This document shows positions 1 to 9,979 of a stretch of 64,000 nt of DNA, one piece after another. A program made the translations under genes and the position numbers. The stretch covers positions 1 to 64,000 of the forward strand of contig JBBRUX010000001.1 of assembly GCA_038247415.1 (NCBI GenBank), read 5' to 3'. The stretch's first letter is position 1; each line of letters starts with the position of its first letter. Source of the stretch: Chitinivibrionales bacterium (GTDB lineage Bacteria; Fibrobacterota; Chitinivibrionia; Chitinivibrionales; WJKA01). The notes beneath the pieces were generated by a model. It saw only the letters and a list, made by a program, of their open reading frames with translations, made no database searches and was not told the origin of the DNA.

Positions 1-188
1 ATTGCCAAATCACGCTCAAGATTATTCACCATTGCAATAAACTGCATATCATAGCCCACGGTAGCACGCAATGAATTCTTAACAAACGAATCAAAGGTGC
101 TCGATTCGAGCGTTATACCGATCGACAACAGACAGGCCATCACAAAAACTATAATAATAGAAGCAATATGTAAACGATATTCGTTCAT
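1..188 (-). CDS. 5' part of a type IV pilus assembly gene (PilP-like position), runs off the window edge
   Basis: ATG at 188 after an AGGA-type RBS. Reads MNEYRLHIASIIIVFVMACLLSIGITLESSTF..., with an N-terminal hydrophobic segment. Lies directly downstream of pilO. Confidence 0.55.
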   Translation of the reverse strand, partial: MNEYRLHIASIIIVFVMACLLSIGITLESSTFDSFVKNSLRATVGYDMQFIAMVNNLERDLA

Positions 189-207
189 GGGTCCTACCTG
201 AAAATGG

Positions 208-765
208 TTACATAGTTCTCTTTTTGATGCGATACGTGTTAAGCACAAGCGTTGCAGTAATTCCCCGTGTAAAACTTTGAGTAACAATACTCGTTGAAAA
301 CTTATCTGCAAGCTGCTGTACGCTAAACCGCTCGAGAGTAATAATGCGCCGACTATTTTCAAGTTTTGCGCACAACTCCCCAAAAGAAAAGAAATCGCCT
401 TCAATAACAAGCTTATAAGAATATTCTGTCTGTGCCCCTTTTGTATTCGGCCGAGACGGTTCCAATGCAACAAGCCGCAATTTTAAATCGGAAACGCTCT
501 GAGTTATAAACTCAAAAAATCGAGACTCAAATGCCCCAGAATCGCTTTGATTGCCAAATTCCATATTTTCAAAAACAAGCTCCCGCACATGATTCAGATT
601 TTCCTGTACAATTTTTGCGGTAGCCAATTGATTAGAAGCTGCAATACGTTCTTTTTCTAGCAATACAATACGTTTATGTAAACCAACGACATAAATCCTG
701 TCGACAAGAATAATTCCAAGCGCAAGAACTAAAGAACACATAAACAGTATTCTACCTGATTTCAT
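208..765 (-). CDS. pilO: Type IV pilus assembly protein PilO-like
   Basis: N-terminal TM, coiled coil and ferredoxin-like C-domain (YKLVIEGDFFSFGELCAKLENSRRII). Follows pilM-pilN. Start moved to MKSGRIL. Confidence 0.8.
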   Translation of the reverse strand: MKSGRILFMCSLVLALGIILVDRIYVVGLHKRIVLLEKERIAASNQLATAKIVQENLNHVRELVFENMEFGNQSDSGAFESRFFEFITQSVSDLKLRLVALEPSRPNTKGAQTEYSYKLVIEGDFFSFGELCAKLENSRRIITLERFSVQQLADKFSTSIVTQSFTRGITATLVLNTYRIKKRTM

Positions 766-1339
766 TAGCGCCATCCTTGCCCAGAGGTTCAGCCGCAAAT
801 TCAAAGCTTACCTGTTTATTAGCATCTCCCTGCGCAGCACGAGTAGACTTGAGATAAACACTTTTAAAAACATTACCAAAAAGCGGGTCTGCTTTTAATT
901 CCGAAAGATAAACATTAAGCGACAATAACTGATCCTGATTTTCGCGAGGTGTACCATAACCATTTACCGAAAGTACTTCACCATCGTATTCAAACCCCGT
1001 GATCCAATATCCTTCGGGTAAATGAGAAGCCAGAGCAACCAGCTTTTTTGTCCACACAACTCCTTTAGAAGTTAGACCAACAAGCTGGACAATGTCTTCG
1101 CGATCTACAATTGCTTGTGTTTGTTTATACCTACTATACTCTGCTTTAATGCGAGAAACCTGAGATTCCTCTTCGTGAATGACAGCAACCATAGGCACTA
1201 TTCTCAAAAGTGCATAAAAGAGAGCTAAAGCGAGCAGCCCAAAGCTTGCAACAGACAAGGTAACAACCCGCAGGTGTACCTTCTCGCCAATTTTTTCTCG
1301 CTCGCGTTGCAGCCGGAGCATATTTGTCATATAGCGCAT
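752..1339 (-). CDS. pilN: Type IV pilus assembly protein PilN
   Basis: TM and coiled coil, then W..L..LA..LPEG.W motif (WTKKLVALASHLPEGYWITGF). Located between pilM and pilO. Confidence 0.85.
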   Translation of the reverse strand: MRYMTNMLRLQREREKIGEKVHLRVVTLSVASFGLLALALFYALLRIVPMVAVIHEEESQVSRIKAEYSRYKQTQAIVDREDIVQLVGLTSKGVVWTKKLVALASHLPEGYWITGFEYDGEVLSVNGYGTPRENQDQLLSLNVYLSELKADPLFGNVFKSVYLKSTRAAQGDANKQVSFEFAAEPLGKDGANEIR

Positions 1340-1360
1340 AATGTGACCTTTTTACCTTCT

Positions 1361-2287
1361 CTACTCTTTGAACCCTCGAAGTGCAAGCACCATTGCACAA
1401 TCAAAAACGCCATCCGGTTGAGGATCTTTAGCGCTCTCAAGGATAATTCGCGTTGTCGGAATAAGATCTAATCCAATTCCAGCAACAATAGTTTTTTTAA
1501 AGCCCTTACTAAACGTTTCACTTCCAAGCATTACCAATCCATCTACTACTGGTACACGATAGGTCTTTTTATAGAATACTAAAGAACGAGATATTTCATC
1601 GATAAGCGAATCTGCTGTTTTTCGCTCATTGTCTAGAGCAGAAGCCTCTTCTGGCAAATAAATCGTTCTGCAAAAAAAAGGAGCTTCGGCGCCTTCAAAC
1701 ACAAGGGTACATGCATGCGGAGCAAAATGAATACACAACACAACAGCCTTGGAATCGCTTGCTGCTTTATTTAAATGCCATGCTGTATTAGCCAGCGCCG
1801 TTGGCACGATATCTACTATTTCTGGTTGTAAACCGCATCGCTTTAAAGAAGAAGTATGTTTATGCAATAAATCTGTTGCAACAGCAGTTACTAAAATCTG
1901 CAACTCCTGCTTCTCGGATGAGCTTTCCAGAATTTGATATTCGATAGTGGCCGTATCAACATTAAAAGGCAACGTTTTTCTGAGTTCCAACCGCAAGGCT
2001 CCCAAAAGTTCATCTGACGGAAGCATTTTAAACGACATTCTTGATGCGTAAACTTGCTTTCCTGCAAGGCAGGATACAACATGATCGATTGGCTTAGCGC
2101 TAATCTCATTTTTAAGATGTTTGAGTGTATCAAGAGCTTCATTCTCGTGTGTCATGTCTGAAGTTATCGTAACCACATTCTCAATGTCATCTACCACAGA
2201 ATTACCAAGATAGGAACGAGCGGTAACAACGGCTCGTACGCCATATGCATCTATGTCCAAGCCAACAGATCGTGTAGTTTTTTTCAT
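1361..2287 (-). CDS. pilM: Type IV pilus assembly protein PilM (actin-like)
   Basis: VGLDID N-terminal motif, LPF..D and GLQPEIVDI..ALAN motifs. Start placed at MKKTTR after an AAGGA RBS. Confidence 0.85.
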   Translation of the reverse strand: MKKTTRSVGLDIDAYGVRAVVTARSYLGNSVVDDIENVVTITSDMTHENEALDTLKHLKNEISAKPIDHVVSCLAGKQVYASRMSFKMLPSDELLGALRLELRKTLPFNVDTATIEYQILESSSEKQELQILVTAVATDLLHKHTSSLKRCGLQPEIVDIVPTALANTAWHLNKAASDSKAVVLCIHFAPHACTLVFEGAEAPFFCRTIYLPEEASALDNERKTADSLIDEISRSLVFYKKTYRVPVVDGLVMLGSETFSKGFKKTIVAGIGLDLIPTTRIILESAKDPQPDGVFDCAMVLALRGFKE

Positions 2288-2316
2288 GTATACATTTCCT
2301 TGACCATAGAGAAATT

Positions 2317-2820
2317 TCAATTCAACAGATCGAGCCAGGAATTAGCTGATGACGACCACGCCATTCGTCTCGATTGGAGACCATCTGGATCTGGAACTAA
2401 AAAGGTGGTATCAGCGTAAACATTTGATATTTCAGTAAATCTCTCAAATACCGTTTGATCTACTGGATCTTGAACCTGAAATTTGTAGACAGAAGCAGTC
2501 TCTTCTGAATTCAAATGCAAAGAATATCCATTAACATTCATTGGGTTGTCGATTGAATCATTAATGGCATATGCACTATCTCCCAATTGTATTATGGAAG
2601 GGGTTGCTACAATGCATATATGCCTAGTGGCTATATTTAGTGCGGATTCGTGGGCCCAATAATTGCGCATGATTTGAATATCCTGATTAACAAAAGAACT
2701 TCCATTTCCTATAACTGTCATTGCTGTTACTGCAATAATAGAAAAAACTATACCAAACACCATGGCAAAAATTAAGGCGCTTCCGCCTTTTGATATTAAA
2801 AAGAAGTGTGATTTTTGCAT
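2317..2820 (-). CDS. Minor pilin, PilX-like
   Basis: KGG|SALIFAMV leader with hydrophobic helix and no Glu5, typical of PilX/GspK. Last pilin in the cluster. Confidence 0.65.
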   Translation of the reverse strand: MQKSHFFLISKGGSALIFAMVFGIVFSIIAVTAMTVIGNGSSFVNQDIQIMRNYWAHESALNIATRHICIVATPSIIQLGDSAYAINDSIDNPMNVNGYSLHLNSEETASVYKFQVQDPVDQTVFERFTEISNVYADTTFLVPDPDGLQSRRMAWSSSANSWLDLLN

Positions 2821-3323
2821 AATGCGCTCATACCCACAGGTGTAAAAAAAGTGCTATCCAGACTGCTGCGAACAGTAAAATTAAAAGTTACCCCGGCTCC
2901 TCCATTTGCCGAAAAAGTAGCATTGACAAAAGTGCATGCATAAGGGGTTATCACTTTAGAGTATGTTCCTGAAGAAATCGGATTTTCATATGTTAATGTG
3001 TCGTGAGTATTATCTGAATTAGGAATTAATTTAAACCTATACCATGCAGCTCCATTTGTGTCAATTACAATTTGCTGAGGCGATTCCACGGTAACGATAG
3101 TTCCCAAATGCACTTGTTTAGTAACAATCTCAATCACCGCACTACTCTCCAAGGCATTGCGCTGTTCTGCGCTAATAAAATCAATACGATTTCCAACAAA
3201 TCTAAACAGTATTGTGGCTCCTGCAATGACAATTAACCCAATTGTGGATGCAACTAAAACTTCAATAAGCGTGAGTCCCCGTGCACCCCGTGCAAATCTT
3301 TTGTCAAGACTAGCCGCGAACAT
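2796..3323 (-). CDS. Minor pilin, PilW-like (prepilin N-terminal cleavage motif)
   Basis: RG|LTLIEVLVA type III signal. Confidence 0.8.
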   Translation of the reverse strand: MFAASLDKRFARGARGLTLIEVLVASTIGLIVIAGATILFRFVGNRIDFISAEQRNALESSAVIEIVTKQVHLGTIVTVESPQQIVIDTNGAAWYRFKLIPNSDNTHDTLTYENPISSGTYSKVITPYACTFVNATFSANGGAGVTFNFTVRSSLDSTFFTPVGMSALCKNHTSF

Positions 3324-3771
3324 AGGTAATCACTTTAGCAAGACTATCATTCTGTACTGCAGGATCAGACCAGGTACATCTTACCGTAATCTGTAGGGTT
3401 GGAATATCTGAACCATTAAGTCTACAGGTTATCGGCGCGACAGCTATTTGCATAGTCCCTCGATAGTGCCCTCCATCGCTATATGAAGTATCAAGCAATA
3501 CTGTAAAGGAGTCTAGTATGCCGGGAGCAACTGCTCGCAATGCGGCATAATTAGTGCCATCTCCCCCGCTACTATACTCTACTCTCTCTAAAATGTTATT
3601 CATCTCTTGAAAAGCCCGCCGTCGCAAAATATCACGTTTACTTATACTACTACCCTCACCGATCATGGCGCTCACCGAAACTATCACCAAAATCAAGATA
3701 GCCCCTCCCACAAGCGTTTCGATAAGAGTCATGCCGCTTTGAGTTTGATGCATTCTAAAGATATGGTTCAT
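3310..3771 (-). CDS. Minor pilin, PilV-like
   Basis: SG|MTLIETLVG type III signal. Start placed at MNHIF after AAGGG. Confidence 0.8.
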   Translation of the reverse strand: MNHIFRMHQTQSGMTLIETLVGGAILILVIVSVSAMIGEGSSISKRDILRRRAFQEMNNILERVEYSSGGDGTNYAALRAVAPGILDSFTVLLDTSYSDGGHYRGTMQIAVAPITCRLNGSDIPTLQITVRCTWSDPAVQNDSLAKVITYVRG

Positions 3772-3775
3772 ACCC

Positions 3776-4195
3776 TTATTGCCACCGATTTGAACCACTG
3801 AGATAAGGATAAAAAGCAAGAGAAAAACCATTCATGGGGCCGTTAGCAAAACCGGTTATTTCAACATGAAAATCAGGATCGTTAGCCCCTGCCGGATAAT
3901 CGTCAAACACATACGTAAAGACACTATCCGAAGGGTCAACAATGCTAATTTGAGTCCACCCGTTTCCGCTACTGGCATCTATTGAGACACCTTGATTATG
4001 CCTCTGCAAAATTGCTGCACCAATCATTTCGGCTCTGGCATGAGCATCCCGATTATGTGCATCAGTAATATATCCTCTGTAAAGAGGTATTCCTACTGCA
4101 GCAAGAATTGCAATAATTACAGCAGTAACTATCACCTCGATAAGAGTAAAACCCTGCTGTCTTTTATAGATTCCCCGCATTACGATCGGTCTCAT
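3776..4195 (-). CDS. Type IV pilin (PilE/second pilin)
   Basis: QG|FTLIEVIVTAVIIAILAAVGIPLY. Start is uncertain (4195 or 4180). Confidence 0.85.
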   Translation of the reverse strand: MRPIVMRGIYKRQQGFTLIEVIVTAVIIAILAAVGIPLYRGYITDAHNRDAHARAEMIGAAILQRHNQGVSIDASSGNGWTQISIVDPSDSVFTYVFDDYPAGANDPDFHVEITGFANGPMNGFSLAFYPYLSGSNRWQ

Positions 4196-4208
4196 TTCTC
4201 GTAAATCG

Positions 4209-4577
4209 TTACCAGTTTTGAGTTGCATTATAGCCTGGAGGTGTCGTATCGGTAGCAGTTACAGTACCTCCGGCTGGGATAGATCCTGCACCTCCAAGAG
4301 ACATGGTAACACCAACGGGAAAATTAAAAATTGTGTTTTGTGCACCTGTAATTGTTCTTGCTGTTACATCAACTGTTGGAATAGTACCACTGTTACGCGC
4401 TGCGGCGCAAAATGAGGCGGCAGCACCCGCAGCATTTTGAACTACGTTTTGACGCGAGCTTGTAACATAGCCGTTATACAAAGGAATTGCCACTGCTGCA
4501 AGGATGGCAACAATGACCGCAACCACAATAACTTCCACCAGGGTAAAACCCTTTTGACTTTTAAGAAAACGCTTCAT
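4209..4577 (-). CDS. pilA: Major type IV pilin PilA
   Basis: KG|FTLVEVIVVAVIVAILAAVAIPLY, strong AAAGGTG RBS, short pilin directly after pilC. Confidence 0.8.
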   Translation of the reverse strand: MKRFLKSQKGFTLVEVIVVAVIVAILAAVAIPLYNGYVTSSRQNVVQNAAGAAASFCAAARNSGTIPTVDVTARTITGAQNTIFNFPVGVTMSLGGAGSIPAGGTVTATDTTPPGYNATQNW

Positions 4578-4645
4578 ACTATCCACCTTTCTCTACAGTA
4601 ATAAATGATTAATTAAGACACATCGCCAACTATTTAAAAGCACTG

Positions 4646-5884
4646 TTAGTGCATAATTTTTCCCATCATAAAAACGGGCAAATACAGTGCAATCAGAATA
4701 GCGCCCACAATTGCACCAAGCGTTATTATGAGGAACGGCTCAATAATTGCAGCAAGAGAATCGACGGTAACCTTAATTTCCCGTTCGTAAAATTCGGCCG
4801 CACGAGAAAGCAGGTCATCTATTCTACCCGAAGATTCTCCCGTGGTAACGAGCTGAACCACAAGAACCGGAAATTGTCCCGATGCTTTTAATCCAGAACT
4901 TAAAAGCTCGCCCGTTCTAAGACTTTTGTAAACACCATCGAGTGCGTCAGAATACAATTTATTTCCAACCACAGTCCCCGCAACTTCAACTGCAGAAAGA
5001 ATTGGGGTGCCACTACCCAAAAGAAGCGACATTGTTCTACTAAATCGTGCTAAAATATTCTTGCGCAAAATTTCTCCAAACACAGGAAATTTTAGTACCG
5101 ACGCGTCGGCGATTGCTCGTATGCGAGGGGTACGCAATGCAAACACATACGCGACACTTACAATAATCGCTCCCAGCACAAATAAAAGTGCATAGTGTTG
5201 AATGGTATGAGACATTGCAATAAGCATTTTTGTGGGGGCAGGAAGCTGGGCACCGAAATTGCCATAAAGCCTCTCAAATACAGGAACAAGCTTCCAGAGA
5301 ATTGCTACAATGAGAATAACAACAAACCCACCTATAAAAGCGGGGTATCGCATGGCTCCCTTTACTTTCTCTTTGAGGGTATGGATATTTTCCATGTATG
5401 TTGCAAGCTCATCGAGAACCCGATCCAGCGCACCTGCAATTTCGCCCGAATGTACAACAGCCACATACGTTTTGTCGAACGCGCCAGGATGATGCGATAT
5501 AGCCTCAGAAAAACTTGCTCCCATAGAAATATCTGCTGCTACTGCTGATATTGTTCTTGCAAATATGGCTTTTTCTGAAGATGCAAGCTGTTCTAGTGCT
5601 TGCGAAAGCGGGACCCCTGCATTTACCATAGTAGCAAGTTGGCGAGTAAAAAACACAACCGATTTATACGGAACACGCGTTTGATAGGCACGCAAAAACT
5701 CATTGACAGTATCTAAGAAACTTACATTTTTTGGGGATCCATCAAAATTAAGCTCTTCTAACGATAGCGGTATAAGGCCTTTGTCGGAAAGACGCACCAA
5801 TACTTCATCAAAGGATGCTCCTTCTAAAGTGCCTGCTATTTTTTTATTAAGGGAATCACGAGCTTTATAGGTAAATTTTGGCAT
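4646..5884 (-). CDS. pilC: Type IV pilus platform protein PilC (GspF family)
   Basis: FTRQLATMVNAGVPL, GEIAGALD, AMRYPAF, GESSGRID and IEP..I motifs. Confidence 0.95.
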   Translation of the reverse strand: MPKFTYKARDSLNKKIAGTLEGASFDEVLVRLSDKGLIPLSLEELNFDGSPKNVSFLDTVNEFLRAYQTRVPYKSVVFFTRQLATMVNAGVPLSQALEQLASSEKAIFARTISAVAADISMGASFSEAISHHPGAFDKTYVAVVHSGEIAGALDRVLDELATYMENIHTLKEKVKGAMRYPAFIGGFVVILIVAILWKLVPVFERLYGNFGAQLPAPTKMLIAMSHTIQHYALLFVLGAIIVSVAYVFALRTPRIRAIADASVLKFPVFGEILRKNILARFSRTMSLLLGSGTPILSAVEVAGTVVGNKLYSDALDGVYKSLRTGELLSSGLKASGQFPVLVVQLVTTGESSGRIDDLLSRAAEFYEREIKVTVDSLAAIIEPFLIITLGAIVGAILIALYLPVFMMGKIMH

Positions 5885-5961
5885 GGATGTATCCCGATAC
5901 AAATAAGTATAGCAATCACTCTTTCACACAGCCGTGTGCAAAAAACAATCTGTATTTAATC

Positions 5962-5977
5962 AGCAATTATTACGCCA
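5962..5977 (-). promoter_or_regulatory. Sigma54 (-24/-12) promoter of the pilC-pilA operon
   Basis: TGGCGTAATAATTGCT, GG-N10-GC spacing exact, about 78 nt upstream of pilC. Confidence 0.7.
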
Positions 5978-6190
5978 GTGAGTGAGCGCATCTCAAAAAA
6001 AATATAACTATTCTATGTAATCGATTTAATTGCTTAAGCTTATACCAACACGATACTTGACTGAAGAAAGTTTACTAGTGTCGATAACATTGAAAAAGAG
6101 AATGATTTTTTCTTAAGAAAAGAGGACTCTTCTCAAATTGATAAAGGCAGGAATCAAGATTGGTACGTAAGCCTCAGACAGCAAAATTTC

Positions 6191-7033
6191 CTACATCCGT
6201 TTTTTTTTAAAAATTTCAAAAGGAAGGATTTGTTCTTTTTTTAATCGTGCGGGATCGGTTTCTGCGGCTTTTTGCAGAATCTTTTTCTCTTCATTAGTAA
6301 GGGATTTTATGCCCCTTTCGGAAATTTTTTTAAGAAGCGGATCTACAACCTTTGTATAATACTGCTCTTTGTTTAAAAACGATTGTGCCCGTTGCCTACG
6401 AAGATCTTCTTCTACCCGCACGGTGTACGAGAGATGCCATGTTTCCCACAATGGCAATATCTTTACATATGCAAACCCGGCAACAATACCACCAAGATGA
6501 CACAAGTGCGCAATTCCTCCACCACCGCCCATAGATCCAAATAAAGAAATGGCTCCTATAATGGCAACGGCAATTCTTACGGGCATGGGGAATATAAAAA
6601 ACATGAGAATCTGGCGATCTGGATTCCATAGTGCATATACGGTAAGCAGGGCAAGCACAGCACCTGAGGCACCAATCACGGGGGTTGTATAGGCAAATGT
6701 GCTAAACAGTGCGGCACCGAGTGCCATTGCGCAATAAAATACTACAAAGGGGATAGTTTTAAGCCGCGCCTCAAGTTCCACCCCAAACATCCAGAGCGCG
6801 AGCATATTAAAAGCTATATGCCATATCGAGCCAGCATCATGCATAAATGCATAGGTCAATAGTCGCCATAGTTCCCCGTGCTCAAATACCCGCTGTGGAA
6901 TAAGTTCTCCGTAGGCAAATATATACGTATTTACTCCGGGAATATATTCGAGGATATACATTCCAATGCATAGCCCAATAAGCGTAAAAACACCGGGAGA
7001 TTGCGAAAGGAAGCGTGTACGATATGAGATCAT
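6191..7033 (-). CDS. Rhomboid intramembrane serine protease with C-terminal soluble tail (DUF6576-like)
   Basis: WRLLTYAFMH, HIAFNM, catalytic GASG, AHLCHLGG and tail VDPLLKKISERGIKSLT. Confidence 0.9.
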   Translation of the reverse strand: MISYRTRFLSQSPGVFTLIGLCIGMYILEYIPGVNTYIFAYGELIPQRVFEHGELWRLLTYAFMHDAGSIWHIAFNMLALWMFGVELEARLKTIPFVVFYCAMALGAALFSTFAYTTPVIGASGAVLALLTVYALWNPDRQILMFFIFPMPVRIAVAIIGAISLFGSMGGGGGIAHLCHLGGIVAGFAYVKILPLWETWHLSYTVRVEEDLRRQRAQSFLNKEQYYTKVVDPLLKKISERGIKSLTNEEKKILQKAAETDPARLKKEQILPFEIFKKKRM

Positions 7034-7044
7034 GAAGTGTGATC

Positions 7045-7530
7045 CTATGCTGTTTTATTGAGTTTCTGTCGTATTCTATCAAGTACCAAGGGAGGGACAA
7101 AAGCAGAAACATCCCCGCCTAAACGCGCAATCTCTTTAACAAGGGTTGAGCTTAAGTAAGTATACTTTTCGTTGGGCATGAGAAATACCGTTTCGGCTTC
7201 CGAATACATATTTCGGTTAGTAAATGCCATTTGGAACTCATACTCAAAATCGGAAAGTGCGCGCATACCTCTGATAATAGTGGTAGCTTTATAATCTTGT
7301 AAACACTGCACCGTTAAGCCAGCATACTGAATCACCTCAATCTCGCTACAATCTTTAAGTGCTTCGCGAGCCATGTCAACTCTCTCTTCTACCGTAAAGA
7401 GCGGATTCTTGCTGGAATTAGGTGCAATAACGGCTATTACATGTCTAAATATTTTTGCTGCCCTACGCGCAATATCAATATGGCCAAATGTAATGGGATC
7501 AAAAGTTCCTGGGTATAATGCTACTGGCAT
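7045..7530 (-). CDS. coaD: Pantetheine-phosphate adenylyltransferase
   Basis: YPGTFDPITFGHIDI, IRGMRALSDFEYEFQMA, LSSTLVKEIA. Confidence 0.97.
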   Translation of the reverse strand: MPVALYPGTFDPITFGHIDIARRAAKIFRHVIAVIAPNSSKNPLFTVEERVDMAREALKDCSEIEVIQYAGLTVQCLQDYKATTIIRGMRALSDFEYEFQMAFTNRNMYSEAETVFLMPNEKYTYLSSTLVKEIARLGGDVSAFVPPLVLDRIRQKLNKTA

Positions 7531-7552
7531 AGAAAGCTCATCCACTTCAAGT

Positions 7553-8098
7553 TTAAGGTAGAGTAGTATAGAGGTCGATCATGGTATCACCGTAGCGTCG
7601 TGAAAGATAGGGCGGTGGCACGCTAGCACATACACGTCTGTCATCCTCAGCATGTTCATACACAAGTTTGCCGCGTGGAGCTAAGAGCGAAAAAAGCGAC
7701 CCACATATTTCGGGGGCCGAATCATCATAATAGGGAGGGTCAAAAAATATTACATCAAATGGTTTGGGATCGCTCTTCACAAAAGATTTCATGTCTCTTT
7801 TATAAACTTCAACCGACTCTACCACCTCAAGGTTGTGAGCCGATGCCACAAGAGCAGAAGCTCTTCCCGCATCATATTCTACGAATACGACAAAGGCCGC
7901 GCCACGGCTTAAAAGCTCAAAACCCAATGCACCACTACCTGCGCAACAATCGGCAACGCGGGCATTATGAAGTACCGGATTGAGGATATTTGCCACAGCC
8001 TGGCGAGTTCTTTCGGCAGTTGGCCTAAAATTTTCTGCAGAGGGTGGGATCGATACAAAGCGGCGAGCGTGCGTGCCTGCTGTGATCCGCAATTTCAT
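7553..8098 (-). CDS. rsmD: 16S rRNA m2G966 methyltransferase RsmD
   Basis: LRITAG, RPT..R, D.CAGSGALG.E.LSRGA and DPPY motifs. Canonical rsmD-coaD pairing. Confidence 0.92.
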   Translation of the reverse strand: MKLRITAGTHARRFVSIPPSAENFRPTAERTRQAVANILNPVLHNARVADCCAGSGALGFELLSRGAAFVVFVEYDAGRASALVASAHNLEVVESVEVYKRDMKSFVKSDPKPFDVIFFDPPYYDDSAPEICGSLFSLLAPRGKLVYEHAEDDRRVCASVPPPYLSRRYGDTMIDLYTTLP

Positions 8099-8120
8099 GC
8101 TTTAAAAATCCTGATAGCGT

Positions 8121-9065
8121 TTACTTACGAACGGTAAAAATAACAATACCATCGATAGAAACCAGAGATCGGCTTTTTGCCCCAACCGACAACTTTATAA
8201 AGGCACATTGTATCCGCGCATCGTAAAGTGCTTTGATCCAGGCAACAAAATCGACAAATGAACCAGTTCCCGTTACATGATAGCTATACCGTCTAAAAGA
8301 CCCCGCTTGTGCAACCTCTGTTTGTACAGGCGTAGGCGGAACAAGCGAAACACCTGAGTTTTTCCCGAGTGCAGAAAACCGAGTAATAAGCGCCGGCAAA
8401 TCTTCGTTTTCAGAAAGAGTTGACAAACTCAAATCAACAAAGGGATCGGTGAGATCTATTCCCCAAAGCGCTTTATAGGTAAATGCAAAACGATAACCGT
8501 CAGTTCCATTTGGTCGAATAAACGAATAAGGAGGAGCAAGCACTTCTACCCGTTCCCGCTTTACCGCTGCAAACATGGCATTAACGCTCTCTTTACGACT
8601 CCCTAAACCAACAGCATACACGGTTTGAAAATTAGCAATTTCCAAAGAACGCAGTCCGATATCATCGGGAACTGCGCGAGCTAGCACTTCACATGCCGCA
8701 CGCGCAAAAAGCGATTCGAAATTTATCTGCTCGGTAAATGACATCTGGCTATACGGGATAAGAAGCTTTCCATCCTTGCGAGCGATATCTACGGTATCTG
8801 CAACATCAGTTACCACATCTTCTACTTGACGCTGAGCAACAAAGCTCGAAGGCGCAACCGGTGGTTCTTTCTTTTGAACTACCGTAGGAACGGGCTTTGG
8901 GACAACAACTGCAACGGCTACTTTTTTAGGCTTGAACACGTGAGGAACGAGAAATACTGCAACCAGAGCAACAATGAGTACAGCACCTGAGCCTATAATA
9001 AGAGGCATCGGAAACGACATTGACTTACGGCGAGAGCCTTTTTTAAGCAAATTAATACGTATCAT
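8121..9065 (-). CDS. PilN-like protein with extended (PilO-like) C-terminal domain
   Basis: N-terminal MIRINLL (PilM-binding INLL motif) plus TM. C-terminus YHVTGTGSFVDFVAWIKAL resembles PilO. Overlaps the upstream pilM paralog. Confidence 0.55.
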   Translation of the reverse strand: MIRINLLKKGSRRKSMSFPMPLIIGSGAVLIVALVAVFLVPHVFKPKKVAVAVVVPKPVPTVVQKKEPPVAPSSFVAQRQVEDVVTDVADTVDIARKDGKLLIPYSQMSFTEQINFESLFARAACEVLARAVPDDIGLRSLEIANFQTVYAVGLGSRKESVNAMFAAVKRERVEVLAPPYSFIRPNGTDGYRFAFTYKALWGIDLTDPFVDLSLSTLSENEDLPALITRFSALGKNSGVSLVPPTPVQTEVAQAGSFRRYSYHVTGTGSFVDFVAWIKALYDARIQCAFIKLSVGAKSRSLVSIDGIVIFTVRK

Positions 9066-9979
9066 GCGTCGACCTCAGTTCCACCACGCACAGCAAGACC
9101 AACTGCCACAGCAAGCTGGGGAGCATGTTTTTTGAGATCGGCGGGAGACATTTCTGCCCGGCAGGAAATGGTACGAAAAGGATCGAGCATTTCGGTAGTT
9201 TGCATTTGCGCACAAAGATAGGTTGCAAGCTCTTCTTGAACAAAGAGAGGACCCGTTAGATACGTTGACTGTGGCGTACCAAGCGATGCGTTTGCAGAAA
9301 AAACTGTAGCTTTAGAATCTTCGATAATCGATTGAATACCCGCTCCATCAATAACATCTGCGGGAATTGGCCTGTATTCGAAATCGAGAAGCTTTCCACC
9401 AGAGGTTAACAAAACCACGAGAGTATCAGCAGAAGCAGATACAATACACACGAGCGTAGACATTAATTCTTTATAGTTTGTTTCAAACACATTTACCAAT
9501 GCAAAAATATCGATATCGAGAATAAACGGATTAAGTTTTGCAGATTTTATAATGCTCTGAATCTGATCGACAGCGTCTCTGCGATAAGCAACCACAAAAA
9601 AACGCTGGCCTGGGGAAGCGGGATTTGGCCTGAGCGGCTCATAGTCGATTATATAATCGTCTAAAGATCCGACAATCTGCTGACTAGCTTCCCATTCGAT
9701 AACGCTTCGCACATCGTCTTCCTCGGCGTCGAGGACAACTTCCTTGATGATTGCATTTTCGCCCCCCAAAGCGCATACGACATCCTGATCAGCAAAACCA
9801 ATTTCTGATATCAAGTCGATAAATTCGCTTTTCAGTTCATCCCAACCAGCATCACCCGCAAGTACCAACGGTTTAATGATAATACTGGCTACAGAACCAT
9901 CATGAGGGAAATATTGCGCCATGCAGATGCAATCTTTGCGAAGATCAACACCACAAACGCTCTGGGTATGTTTTGCCAT
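9062..9979 (-). CDS. pilM: Second PilM family protein
   Basis: CGVDL, IEWEASQQI, IDY, LDIDIFALVN and AVAVGLAVRG motifs. GGAG RBS before MAKHTQ. Confidence 0.85.
   Translation of the reverse strand: MAKHTQSVCGVDLRKDCICMAQYFPHDGSVASIIIKPLVLAGDAGWDELKSEFIDLISEIGFADQDVVCALGGENAIIKEVVLDAEEDDVRSVIEWEASQQIVGSLDDYIIDYEPLRPNPASPGQRFFVVAYRRDAVDQIQSIIKSAKLNPFILDIDIFALVNVFETNYKELMSTLVCIVSASADTLVVLLTSGGKLLDFEYRPIPADVIDGAGIQSIIEDSKATVFSANASLGTPQSTYLTGPLFVQEELATYLCAQMQTTEMLDPFRTISCRAEMSPADLKKHAPQLAVAVGLAVRGGTEVDA

Noticed and set aside
6031..6048. Second sigma54-like site TTGGTATAAGCTTAAGCA upstream of pilC
   Set aside because: GG-to-GC spacing is 11 rather than the strictly required 10.
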